In this document: piece by piece, positions 1 to 12,630 of the stretch
How the letters are laid out: every line of letters begins with the position of its first letter
Numbering within the stretch: position 1 is the stretch's first letter
NCBI GenBank assembly: GCA_016748015.1
Contig: JAAOMT010000776.1
Coordinates: forward strand, 698,146-762,145
From: Geosiphon pyriformis uo1
Taxonomy: Eukaryota; Fungi; Glomeromycota
Length of the DNA stretch: 64,000 nucleotides
Direction of reading: 5' to 3'
The notes under the pieces: model-generated
Databases searched by the model: none
The model's input: only the letters and a program-made list of their open reading frames with translations
Told to the model about the DNA's origin: nothing
Translations under genes and position numbers: made by a program

Positions 1-645
1 AAATTAGATCATAAAAAGTTTGATAGATTTCGAAATCAGGTTAAAAATATGTTTTAATCTTCCTTTGACAGTGAACCAATAAAGACTAAATTTTACGAGA
101 CAAAAAAGTTTAGATTTTTTTTTTTAAAAAAAATCGAATCAAATATTATCGATTTGTGTTTTATTTCGAAAATTCATTTATTAAATTTGAATTTTTATTA
201 TTTAATTCCAACTTTGGAAGTCGCAAAAGTATTAATCTTTTCAATTCTTGAGAAAAAGAGATATCGGAAATGAGAAAAAATTTGGATTAGGGGATTTTTA
301 AAGTTAGTTAGTTTGAGGCTAATTTACAAAAAAAGAATTCTAAAATTGTTCTTTGAATTGAGATAGAAACATTGGAATTTGAAATTTTTTTTTACAAATA
401 AACTCTACTATTAAGTTTCAAAGTTTAAGCTAATCCTAGTGTGTATTATTAGGCCTTTTTTTCAAAATGATAAAATTTAAAGTTTTAATCGGGTCATTTA
501 GGTTTATTTTTTTATACCTGAAAATTAATACAAATGATTGACTTGAATTATTTCTGACTGAGTCAAAGATAAATATCAAAGAACTGCAAAAAGACAATTG
601 AAACAAGCTTTAGCTGGATTTTTCCGCTTTAGGATCAATAGAATA

Positions 646-680
646 AAATGAAATGAAATGAAATGAAACGAAACGAAACG
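646..680. repeat. (GAAAT/GAAAC)n pentanucleotide microsatellite
   Basis: aaatgaaatgaaatgaaatgaaacgaaacgaaacg is read directly in the sequence. Confidence 0.85.
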
Positions 681-912
681 TATGGTAAAAAGGAGTAAAC
701 CTTTCTTGTTCTTTTCCTTGACTCCCGAAATTAAATTCCAATTTAGAGAAGAACTTTTTTCTTTTGCTACTTATTATCTCATTAAATTTGGTTTGAGACA
801 TTAAAATAAAGTCTCGAATTCGTTTAAAGCAAAAAACCTTTATGGTACGATTATATAATGTTTCTAGTTTTTCTTTAATTTAAACTTTCGGAATATGTCT
901 CTATCGTGGTCC

Positions 913-943
913 AAATAAATAAATAAATAAATAAATAAATAAA
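913..943. repeat. (AAAT)n microsatellite
   Basis: About 7 tandem AAAT units. Confidence 0.9.
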
Positions 944-2544
944 ATTATTATCCAGTACAAATTAAGTTTATCTTTGAAAATACCCGCAATCATAAATTTG
1001 TCCAATACGCATGGGTTCTTTGGAAAACTTACTACTACCATATTGGTGGGGAAGAATGGATGGATTGATGAATTGATAGATTAATAGATTTATAGATTAA
1101 TGGATTGATGGATGGATCTCAATTGGGAACAGATAACAGCCTTAAATATTTTTGGATATCAAAGGACAAATTTAAATTTTTGAAAAAAAGGTAATACCAA
1201 CCAAAAAAAAAGATTTAGGTTTTAAGAACTAAGCAAATTAAAATTAGTCGTCGTAATTTTTTATTATCGAACCTAGTAGGGATTGGTTGGAAATAATATC
1301 TCATGTGTAAAATTTTGCATGTGGTTTCCTTTGAGAAAGATTTCGTTCTAATATTAGAATAATCTCTTGAGGTCTTTCCAAATAAGTATTCTTGATTTCT
1401 TGATTTATGATAGATTTATAAAAAGCTTTAAAAAATAAATATCTCGATCTTTTCTAACGTGAAAAATGTTAAAATATCGGATATTTTCTACTCTCATTCA
1501 AGAGATGAAAGGTCAATTTAGCGTTAAAACGTCAAAAGAGTTTAAGTATAAAAAGCTTTTTTTGGTATTTTTGTGAATGAAAAAAAAAAAAAATCATTTT
1601 TTAAACGGGCTCATTCATTCCCCATTATAGGACTACAATTTCGTAAAGAAAAAAGTAAAAGAAAATATTGTTCAAATGCCCATAAAATTATTTAGACTCA
1701 GATTCACGCTGCACAATATTAAATTAAAAGAAAAATCTTGAATTGGAAACCTTAATTGTGTTATTTGCAATCAATCATAAGATTTGAAATGGGTTTCGGT
1801 AAAAGAGAAGAGGGATTTATTTACGTCATTTCAACATGTCAATAGTTAAAAAGTACATGTATAAGGGATTTCCTGTCTTGATACAAAATCTTGGCTGATC
1901 CAGAGAGCGTTTGATGGCTCATAATAGATTTTTGTTAGCAAGTGTGTATATCAATTAAATATTTTTCTTTATTTGTGGATTGGATGTTTAAAGTGAATTC
2001 ATTGGCAAAATATTCAAATTGGGAGAAGTTGCTAGATATTTCGATCTAATATTTTTTGTAATTCTGTTAGGAATCCAAATTTGATATTTTAGAGTTATAG
2101 TAATTTGGCATGTTTTAATTTACTTTTTAGGAATTTTTTTATTAGCTTTCGAATTATGTCTTAAAAATGCACTATCGAAAATCTTAAAATTACTTGAAAT
2201 TCTTTTATTTTGATAAGCGACTTCTATTGTAATATATTGGTTCATGAAAAAAAGACTTGAAATTCAATTGAATTATTCAGAATTGCCAAATATGTAATTT
2301 GAGCACAATTTTGGATGAATAAATATCTTTATTTGAAGAGTTTAAACAAGTCGAAATAGAAAATTTTTTGTTATGGACCAAAAACAAAAATTTATTATCA
2401 CAAACAAATGATCTTTACAAAAAATTGTGTTCACTGCTAAACCAAACTTCTTTAACTGTACAATAAAATTGTAAATGAATTTCTTTTTTTAATCAAAACC
2501 GCTTCTTGTGATCAGGAATCAAAGCAACCGAGGATGTTTTTACC

Positions 2545-2600
2545 CATCAACATCAACATCAACATCAACATCAACATCATCAACAACATCATCAACATCA
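2545..2600. repeat. (CATCAA)n hexanucleotide microsatellite
   Basis: Tandem catcaa units; these explain the DVDVDV tail of spurious ORF 2540..2767. Confidence 0.85.
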
Positions 2601-4565
2601 TATGGTTGATGTAATTTTTGACCAAAGAAGCTTTCGCCGCAACTTTCTTGATTTGAGCGGAAAATTTCGCATCGACATTTTTTGGTGAAAGAAAACTTGG
2701 TTAAAAATTCCTGCCAAAAACAAACAAATAAATAAATAAAGAAATAAAGAAATAAAGAGGCAAACAAACAAAAAAAACTTTGAAAATTTTTTATGGTAAC
2801 CGAGAATTCTTACCAAATTCCACGGTTTTTATCAGGTTTGACTAAGGTGTACATTGAAATTGAGATCGATATCCACATTTCTACTTTTTTTGTTTACCTT
2901 TGGGTCATTTATTAAACGAAACTCCATATTTGTATTGGTCAAACCAACAATTTTGTCGGCAAGTTTTGAAATGAGTTCCTTCGCCCTTAAACTTTGAGGA
3001 TCTCTTTGAAAAGTTCGAGATATACATTCTGAAAATATTTTGATTAGAGTGATGAGAAAAAGAACAAAAAGAAAAAAGAAAAGAGTTATAATGATGTAAT
3101 GATATCATGACGTTAAAGGATTTCTGTTTCGTTATTTGTTCCAAAAGTTAAATAAATACATACAGGTATTTTTTTTTTTCAATATTTTCATGTAACTTCT
3201 ACAATGAAACCTGAAGTATAAGGAAAGATTGATTTTTTCAATTTTGACAAACTTAAACTCAAAAATATATCATGAGAATTTCATAATTTATTTTCATCTC
3301 AATGCTTGAAAGCCTTTAAATCTTTCTTAAAGAACACATTTTAATCTTCGTAACATGCCTAAAACTTGGAATTGTATAAAAAATCTGATATGATGTGATA
3401 TCATATCATCCTTTTTTTTTAAAAAAAAAATTTTGGGTTCAAAATCACAATCCCCTTCAATTTAAAGAAAGATAAACCATTTTCAGCGAATAATAACTCT
3501 TTTGAAGAATATTGAATAGATGTTAGATTTTAAATCAAATGAATTACATGTATCTGAAATCAAGTATTGATGAGAAAAAATACCCAGTTGAACCATGATT
3601 TAATGATTTAATGATTTAATTATAACTTTTATTGATTTCAAAATTCAAGAAATTTATTACCAACAAAAGTGATCAAATTACTCTCAACTTGGAATTAAAA
3701 GTATGACAAGGAAGCTTTCATTATCATTACATCAAAATCTTTTCAATGGTATAAGGGTTTATTTGGTTTTTAGTTTACAAAAGAGTTATTATATTGAAAG
3801 AAAAAAACTCTAAAATAAATTATTTTTCTTTTTTGAATTTCCAATAAGACATTTAAAATGAAATACAATTTTTAGTTCACCGATAATGGTCTAGGATTTT
3901 ATTTTTTACTTATCGATTGTAATCTCTCAGTATATATGAGGTAGAAATCTAGAAATATTTTACATATTCCTTTTAATTGTCTCAATATGTTTCGAAGAAA
4001 GAAAAGTAATTCTTTGTGTTTTGAAAATTATTTACTTTTAAAAAATATCGACCTTTTACTAAGAGAGAGAGAGATAACATATTATAGAGAGATAACATAT
4101 TATAGAGAGATTGACTGATTGAATGCGATATTGCGACATGAAATCGGGAAATCATTGAATCTTTTGGATCGGCCATTATTTTTAGAATAGTGTCACTTTT
4201 GAAAGACATTCTGCAAAGAACTTCTACTTTAAAAATAAACAAATTCCCACAGATCATGCAGAATTGAAATAGCAAAACAATAAAGTTTTCGTAAGCGCAT
4301 TATCTGGTTTCTTTTTCGAACCTCCAAGAGAGAAGTTGAATAACCGGGTAAACATGATGAATTTGGAAAAAGTCAAGAACAATAAATTTCAATAGTAATA
4401 ACATTTTCATTATGATGAATTAAGATCGTTCCATCGCTTAAAAGCTTCTTAAAGAAGGAGTAGGAATAATAATGTTCTCAATAAAGCCTTTCCTTAACCA
4501 TTCAACTGGATAGGGTGACCCCATTGGTCCTGCCTCAAAAAAGAATGTAACCATTAAAATTTGAA

Positions 4566-4630
4566 AGAATGAATGAATCAATGAATCAATGAATCATTGA
4601 ATGAATCAATCAATCAATGAATCAATCAAT
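4566..4630. repeat. Imperfect (GAAT/CAAT)n microsatellite
   Basis: gaatgaatgaatcaatgaatcaatgaatc... is read directly. Confidence 0.75.
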
Positions 4631-5398
4631 CCATTATCAAAAATAGTTATTGAGAATTTCAGTTCACATAAAAAAAGTTTTTCAAAAAAGTTTTAATTAA
4701 TATCTTTTCTCACTTCAAAAACATTCAATTTTGTTTTAAAGCCTCGAATTAATTCAAAACTGATATTAATTAGAATGAATGAATGAAAAGTCAAGTTGCT
4801 AAAAGATCTAAAATCTACGCATAGAGAAAAATAATTTATGTTGGAAAGATTCAAATTTATAGTTCCAATTCTATCTTTAACTTAAATAAAATTTTAAAAC
4901 TGATTGTCAAAGTATGGCTCATTAATTTTAAATATGATCAATTTTTTTATAAATATCTTTATTTTCTGCAAGGTTAAAAAACCAACCAAGTCAATTTAAC
5001 GACATAAGGATGATAAAGCAATAATAAATTTTAAAATTTTCAGAAACTAAATGTGAAAACCTATAATTCACGTCTCTACTTGATTTTTTTTATCATTATA
5101 ATTCAATCAAACTTCTCGATTGAACAGTTTTTTCTGAAAATAAAATTAACATTAAAACATTAAAATTTTTGATGATCGAAAATCCAAAAAATTGTCATTT
5201 TGCAAATGATAAATTTTAAATTGGTAATTTTCGAAAAAGTTCTTTTCTAAAAACAAAATTTTCATGTCTCGTCAATAAATGAAAGAGAGTTTCGTATTAT
5301 TCCAAAAATTTAATCTTTTTTTAAATCTCTTTCTCTACTATCGTTACATGTTTTAGATTGAAAAAAGAATATATAAATATAAATAGAAATAGAAATAG

Positions 5399-5518
5399 AA
5401 ATTGCTTTGTTTAATCTCTTTTATGAAAGACATTAAAATTGCTTTGTTTAATATCTTGTATGAAAAGCATTAAAATTGCTTTGTTTAATCTCTTGTATGA
5501 AAGACATTAAAATTGTTT
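5399..5518. repeat. 37-bp tandem repeat, 3 copies plus a partial copy
   Basis: Unit aaattgctttgtttaatctctt(t/g)tatgaaagacatta starts at 5399, 5436 and 5473, with a partial unit at 5510; there are no spacers. Confidence 0.9.
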
Positions 5519-5956
5519 TTTGATAGGTAATTGTCCTTATCTCTCTTGAAATAATTACATTATCATTTCTCAGTTTTTTATAATTTTAATTTAAAATAAA
5601 AAGTTTTACTTGTGTGATTTAAATAAATATTAAATATCAATAAATAGTCCTCAAATAAAAATTCCCTATTTTTTTGCCTAATAAAGTTAATGGATTTTTT
5701 TGTTATGATTAAAATTTTGATATTAAATCTATCTATCTTTTCATGGTAGAAAAATCCAAATTTTCTGTTTGGCTCATACACTCAGTCTGCCCAATAAAGA
5801 GAAAGTAATAATTCAATGAAAAAGTGGTCAAAAAGATTTTGGAAATCCATAAAAACTTCAAAGAAAATCGTGTTTATTCTTTTCAAAAAAAAAAATAAAA
5901 AACTTTCAATTTATTAACTTTTGAGAACCCTTTTAAGAATTTTAAAAATCCTAATT

Positions 5957-6997
5957 ATGAAGTACTCACCCACAATCTTTCTATGTCTCATTTCCATCGC
6001 CCATCTTGTCAATTCAACCCCCATCACGAGGGGAATTCAACTTTCAAAAAGACAATCTGGTGACGCAAATTTAAACGGAATTGTGAACGGACAATTCAAT
6101 AAAGGAACCGACAATGGAAGCAAAAGTGGAGCTAATAATAGCGGCGTCCTGAATGGCTCAGGAAACGGAAATTTAAATGAAGGAGACTCAAACGGAAAAA
6201 GCAGTGGAAACAATAATAACGGTAGTTTGAATGGGATCGTCAGCGGAAATGCAAATAACGGCAACTTTAACGGAGTTAACAATGGAAACAATAATTCCGG
6301 TAGTTCAAATGGGGTCGGTAACGGAAATGAAAATAACGGCTCCTTAAATGGAGTTAACAATGGAAACAATAATGTCGGTAATTTAAATGGGGTCGCTAAT
6401 GGAAATGCAAATAACGGCACCTTAAACGGTGTTAACAATGGAAACAATAATGTCGGTAATTTAAATGGGGTCGCTAATGGAAATGCAAATAACGGCAGCT
6501 TAAACGGAGTCAACAATGGAAACAATAATATCGGTACTTTGAATGGTTCCGCCAACGGTAATGGGAACACCGGAAGTGGAAATGGTAGCTCTAATGGCTC
6601 CGGTAACGTTGGTTCTCAAACTGTAATCAAGAAAGTAAAGGGTAAAAAGAATGGAAAAAAAGTTGTGATTAAGAAAAAAGGAAAGAAAAATGGTATCAAA
6701 AATGGAAATAATAATGTTGGTTCGAATAATGGTGTGAAAAACGGAAATAATAATATTGGTTCGAATAATGGTTCTAAAAACGGAAATAATAATATTGGAT
6801 CAAATAATGGAACAAAGAATGGAAACGGGAACATTGGAGATAACAATGGAACTAATAACGGAAATAACAATATTGGAAGCAACAATGGAACTAATAATGG
6901 AAACGGGAACATTGGAAGCAACAATGGAACTAATAATGGGAATAACAATATTGGAAGCAATAATGGATCCGGAAATGGGAATGGAAATTCAAAGTGA
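5957..6997 (+). CDS. Secreted Asn/Gly-rich 13-residue tandem-repeat protein (346 aa, intronless), probable beta-solenoid or functional-amyloid-like
   Basis: The first ATG in the long ORF is at 5957. It is followed by a hydrophobic signal-peptide-like N-terminus (MKYSPTIFLCLISIAHLVNS-TP), a dibasic Kex2-type site (LSKR/Q) and about 23 repeats of G-x-x-N-G-x-x-N-G-N-x-N-x. Synonymous codons vary between repeats, and GC and CpG content are higher than in the flanks. Confidence 0.9.
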   Translation: MKYSPTIFLCLISIAHLVNSTPITRGIQLSKRQSGDANLNGIVNGQFNKGTDNGSKSGANNSGVLNGSGNGNLNEGDSNGKSSGNNNNGSLNGIVSGNANNGNFNGVNNGNNNSGSSNGVGNGNENNGSLNGVNNGNNNVGNLNGVANGNANNGTLNGVNNGNNNVGNLNGVANGNANNGSLNGVNNGNNNIGTLNGSANGNGNTGSGNGSSNGSGNVGSQTVIKKVKGKKNGKKVVIKKKGKKNGIKNGNNNVGSNNGVKNGNNNIGSNNGSKNGNNNIGSNNGTKNGNGNIGDNNGTNNGNNNIGSNNGTNNGNGNIGSNNGTNNGNNNIGSNNGSGNGNGNSK

Positions 6998-7488
6998 AAT
7001 TGTAACAATATTAAAACATTTTACATTGATTAGAAAATTTTTAAACTAATATCTTGAGATGAGATTTTCAAAAATGAATGCAACAAGTAAAAATCTTTAA
7101 AATTTTACTAGACTCACATAAACTTTTAATTCACTTGTTTAATAAATCTCTAGAAATTTTGATTCTTAATGTATCAAAATAGTTTTTTTGTATAGATCAA
7201 ATGTAAAAAAAAGAATTATAATAATAATTTTTTTTAATTTATTTATTTTTAATAAAAATTTTACTCATTTTATTATTATTAAAATTTATTTCGAATAAAA
7301 ATTTTACTCCTGCTTTTAAATTACATAAATAAATTAATTAAATTTTTTTACTTTTACATTATCAAACTTTTTAGTGTTTTTTTTTAATAAATAAGTGATA
7401 TAATATATATATATATATAAAGTATTACTTATATTAATTACACACACTACTAATTATTTTTGAAATAATAATTGTATTATATTTTTAC

Positions 7489-10400
7489 TGTTGAAACGTT
7501 TAATTTTTAATTATCTTAATTATTTAACCACATCTATTAGCCACTGATGTCACATATATTAGCGATCCTGTAGTCGTTGATGTGATCATTGACCGAAAAA
7601 CACTCCAAAGCCCTAGAAAATTTAATTCAGACTAGAGTTCTAGTTAAGAATAATTCACTCAGATTCCTTAGCAAAATTATTACGATAATTCCATTTCTCT
7701 CTCACTATTTCTTTTCTCTTTTCTTTTCTTAATTTTGTGTATTGTTAGCTTTGTAAAGTATTTTGAATAAATTTTTACTAAAAAGTACAACTGATACCTG
7801 TTATTGAATTTTAAGAGTGCTGATTTAAGTCATAGAATTATACCAGTGTGTGATCTTTTGTTAATAATACAAACTATTCCTTTACTTTCAGATTCTTTTA
7901 TTACCATACAATACTTGTTTTTCCTTGCTATTTTTTTAACATATTATATCTGACTATAACATAAAAGTGGTGTTCTTTAGAAAGTTCTTAAACCTTTAAA
8001 TCCATCTATCACTGTATGGACAATCACCTTTTTTTAAGACAAGAAATCCAATATCATTTTATTATTCATAATCAAAGAATTTTAAGCAAGAAACAATTAC
8101 ATTAATTAATTATTATTTTCAGTTATTTTTAGTCAACTTCTCTTAGAATTTGAAGTTTTAAATCAAAAAAATCTACAATTAAATAAAAGTTTAAAACTTT
8201 TTTAGAAACTAAAAATAAAAAAAGTTATAATTTAGACTTCTTATTATGAATTTTAATACTTAAATTAATAGTTTAACCAAATGTTTTTCAAGACCAAAAT
8301 ATTTTGCCTGTACTTTAAAAAATCTAAATTGTTTTATATTATTAAATTACAAATCTTTTACTTTTATTTAAAAAAGATGTTTAAAACCCAATAAAATAGC
8401 TTGAAATTTTTAAAAAAGCAACAATAGAAAATTAATATAATAATAATTATAAACTTTAAATATTGAAAAATACCTTCAAAAATCTCTTACTATATGATTT
8501 ACACAAGAAAAAGCTATTAGTGCGGTCAAACAAATTATTTGATAGTCTTCTGAAAACATAAACTATTATAGTGCAACTTTAATAATCCAATTTTAAAACT
8601 CTTATTTTAATATTAAAATAAAAAAACAATTTAAAAATTCATAAAACAATTAACTCTTAAACAAAAAATACATGTTTTTACAAAAAAAATTTTTTTACTT
8701 TTAAAAAATGCTTTAATCTTTGTTTCTGTTTCTTAAATAACTTTTAAATTTTTTATCATCTATGTTTAAGATTTAAATAATAATTAATAAACAAATTAAT
8801 ATAATATTTTTTTAAAAATTTTAAAACTATTGGCCAAAGCTGTTTAAGAAAATTAAAAACTACTAAAATTTTATTACAATTAGCAATAAAAATCTTAATA
8901 TAATCAAAAATTTTAAAATTAAGATTTACTAGGTTTTTATTAATAAAAAGCATTAATTATATAACACAAAACTAGAATAATTTTTTAATGTCGTTTTCAA
9001 ATTTCAGAAATAACAATTTACAGAATAATAAAAACAATAATGATTATGTTTCAAATCAAGAAGTCAATTAAATTTCATAAACTTTTTTTAAAAAAATTTC
9101 TTAGTTGAAGCTATAGAATATTAGTTTTTAAATTAATAAATAATCTTTTAAAAATAAAAACACAAGTCAAAAGAAAATAATTTCTTGTTTAATTTATAAC
9201 TAATAATAATACTATTAAAATACAAAAGCAAAATAGCAAGTAATTAAGCCAAACTAAATCAAAAAAATTAAATATAAATTTTAATATAAATTTTAATATA
9301 AGCATTTTAATATTTAATAACAAAAATAAAGTCTTAAAAATAAAAGTATTTAATAATTTGCAAAAGTTTAAATTATAAAAAATTGTTCAAGAATTAAATT
9401 CTTATTTAATAGTAAAAAAAGCAAAAACTCTTCTTAATTATAACTTTTACTTATAATTTATAATGAAGCAAAAGCAATTTTAGTTAAATATTAATATTAA
9501 ATAATATTTTTAAAACTTAAAAATAGCTTAATAACAATAACAATAATAAGATAACAACAAAAATAACTCTGATAATTCCAAAAACTTTAAAAATAATAAC
9601 AAAGAAAAAAACCAAATAAGTATTTACAACTTTAGCAACAATAAAAAACTCTTAAATAATGTTTAAGCAAATAATAAAAATTTTATAATTAACAAAAAAC
9701 CTATTTTTTAATCTTGCTATAATATGTTCAAAAGAATGTTTAAAAATATATTCAAAAAAACAAAATAAAATTATATAGTTCTTGTATTAGATATTAATAT
9801 AATTATTTTTTTACTTTTTAGATAATAAATATAAAAATATATTTAATTTTTTATTAAAATTAAGAATTAATTAGTCTAATTTCTGATAAAAAATAAAAAC
9901 TGTACAGAAATTATTTGAAAAAAATATTTGAAGTTTTATTATTAATTATTAAATAAAAAAATCTATTAAAAATTTTAATATCAAAAATTTCCTAATTAAA
10001 AATGCTTTTATAATATTAATAAAACTATTTGGTTAAATAAATTTTATTTAATTAAAATTGTAAATATTCGATTTATTTATTTAAAGCTTTATTAAACAAA
10101 TTATTTAAATAATAAATTTATTTAAATAACATTCAAATAAAAAAACTTGAATTTATATAGAAAACCAAAAATAAATAAATATTTTTAATTATAATAATAT
10201 TCAAAAAAGATGAATTTTTTAATTTTGTGTTATCAAATATTATTATTAAATAAAATTTTTTTTTTTAAAAATTAGCAATATCTTAAATTAATTCGAAAAC
10301 TTAGCTTATTTTACAACAATTAATTTAATTATTGAATTTTAATAAGTAAAATAGATTTTGTCAACATAAAAAAATTCCCATTATTATAAAATATAAAATT

Positions 10401-12630
10401 TACAAATTTGCAATAATATTTTTTGAATTAATAAATATTTTATCTATGTTTTAAAGATTTAAAAATAAAATGTTTAAATCAATATATTAGAAATTTTTTT
10501 AGTATATTTAGATAACATTATTGTGTATTTAAAAATATAAAATAAATATTTAATTATTTAAAACAAGTTTTTGATTTTTTTAAAAATACTAATCTTAAAA
10601 TCAACTAATTAAATCATTTTTACACAATAATTTATTTAGTTTTAAGAATTTTTTATTACAAAAATAGATTTTTTTTAGATTTAACCAAAGTAAAAAAAGT
10701 GTAAAAGCTTAAATAACTAATAAATATAACAAAATATAATTTTTTTGGAATTAATTTGTATTATTTAAGATTATTCATTTATTCAACCAGTTCTTTAAAA
10801 ATAATATTTATTATTATTAAAAAAAATTTAACTTTTAAACTAATTTTGAAGTATATTAATTTTTATATATAATAATAAAATCATTTAACAAGTTGAAAAA
10901 ACTATACAATTATTGAAAAAAATATTTAACTATAATATATTTTATTACTTATTGATATAAATATTTTTTTGAAAATTAATTTACTATATATATTAATTAT
11001 TAAGTCTTAATTTAGTTAAAAAACAAAAAAATTAAATTACACATCTAAAAATAAATAGTAATAAAATTAAATATTATAAAAAAACAAGCAATTAAATTAC
11101 AAACACTCTATTTTAATTGGTTATTTAATAAAAAACAGAATAATACTGACTAATTAAAATTAATTAATAATAAAATACTTTAAATTAAACATAACAATAG
11201 CTTAAAAGACTATTTTACATTTATTAAATTTTTGGATAAAAGACAATATTTATTAAAATATAATTAACAAAAAAAATATTTACAAAAACAATTAAATTTT
11301 TATTGAAAAAAACTAAAAAGATTTTAACTAATTTCAAAAAGTTATTCAATTTGAAAAAAAAGAAATCACAATATATAATACGTATACTAATTCTCTAACA
11401 GAATATTTTGGAAAAACAAAAACAATCCAAAAAACATTAGTAAAATATTATTGGCCGATTTTTGTTAATGAAAAACAAATCTAATTAAAAAAAAAACTTT
11501 ATTTAATTTTTGTTAATCAATCTTTTAAACTACTTAACAAAATAAATAAAAGCTTGAACAATATTTAATCAAACAGCTGTTTTAATTGCCAACTTTATAT
11601 ATAAGAAAATTATATATTAATATTTAAATAAAGAAAAAACTTTGAGTATGTTACAAACTTTTTTTCTTTTATTATCTTTAAACAAATAACTTGATAGAAT
11701 ATTTTAATTAAATATTTTGTAAAACTTTAGCAAAAACCAATAAAGAAACAAATTTATAAAACAAAGTTTTGCTTTTAGCACTTTTTGTTTATTAAACAGT
11801 AAATAATAATATAACTAATTATAAACTTTTCTATTTACTTTACAAACATATAGCACTATTATTCATTAAAATTAATAATTAAAACTGTATTTTTCAAAAA
11901 AATAACAGAAATTAGCTACAAAGATATTTTGTAACGAAAACTTGAAACAATTCTCAGTAAAAACACAAATAATTATTTATAAAAAGATAAAAATATTCCA
12001 AAAAAGACTTTGGAAAATAAAAACATACAAACCATTTTCTTTAAATATTGGTAACTTAGTTTTTAAATACTAATTAAATTGAGACAATATATCTGGTAAC
12101 AAATTTTCAAGTTATTAGAAAAAACTATTTATATAATTAAACTATTTATAATACATAAATCAAAAAGTATTATAAAAGATCTAATTAGTTATTTATTGTT
12201 GTAATACTTATAATATTAAATAGTAAATCATTAAAACAAATATAAATAGAATTATTAAAATTTTAAAACAAATGTATTTTCATTCAACATAAAAAATATT
12301 TTTTTAATCAAAATGTACAAAATACTTTTTTTATATTTTATAAATATTGAATGAAAAATTATTTAGACAATTTGTTTATAAATAACAATAGAAAATAATA
12401 TTAAAGTATATTTAGTTATTAACTTACAAAAAACAGAAAATTGACAATAAGTTAAAAAAATGCATGCTCAAATACATAATTGTCAAAATACTTTTCTTTT
12501 CTAATATAATTAGAAAAATTATAAAAAATGTTTTATTTATTAACAAAAACTTGTTATATACAACTTGAAAATCATTGCTTTTGCTCAAAAAAAATTTTTC
12601 ACGGTAAAATTAATGATAAAGGAGGGAAAT
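7489..12630 (+). mobile_element. Heavily degenerate Ty3/Gypsy LTR retrotransposon (5' LTR about 7489-7961; 3' LTR not recognisable)
   Basis: A putative LTR is bounded by TGTT...AACA and followed by a PBS-like TGGTG at 7968. The RT motif remnant VYLDNIIVY lies at about 10502. Integrase remnants include YTNSLTEYFGKTKTIQKTLVKYYWP (HHCC region) at about 11383-11458 and ALFVY / FYLLY at about 11780-11850. A PPT-like aaaggagggaaa lies at 12618-12629. The RT-INT order is Ty3/Gypsy. Confidence 0.75.

Noticed and set aside
5399-5518. CRISPR-like array (37-bp repeats)
   Set aside because: The repeats are contiguous with no spacers, there are no cas genes, and the DNA is eukaryotic.
5921-5956. Upstream TTG start given by the ORF track
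   Set aside because: In this eukaryotic context the ATG at 5957 directly begins the signal peptide.
5957-6997. Identity with bacterial InaZ-type ice nucleation proteins
   Set aside because: It lacks the 16-residue AGYGSTxTA/TxT repeats; the register is 13 and Asn/Gly-based. Ice activity remains only a hypothesis.
6037-7049. Antisense Leu/Pro/Phe-rich ORFs (6037-6570, 6616-7008) and the shifted-frame ORF 6756-7049
   Set aside because: These are shadows of the Asn/Gly codon repeats of the real gene and have no independent coding signal.
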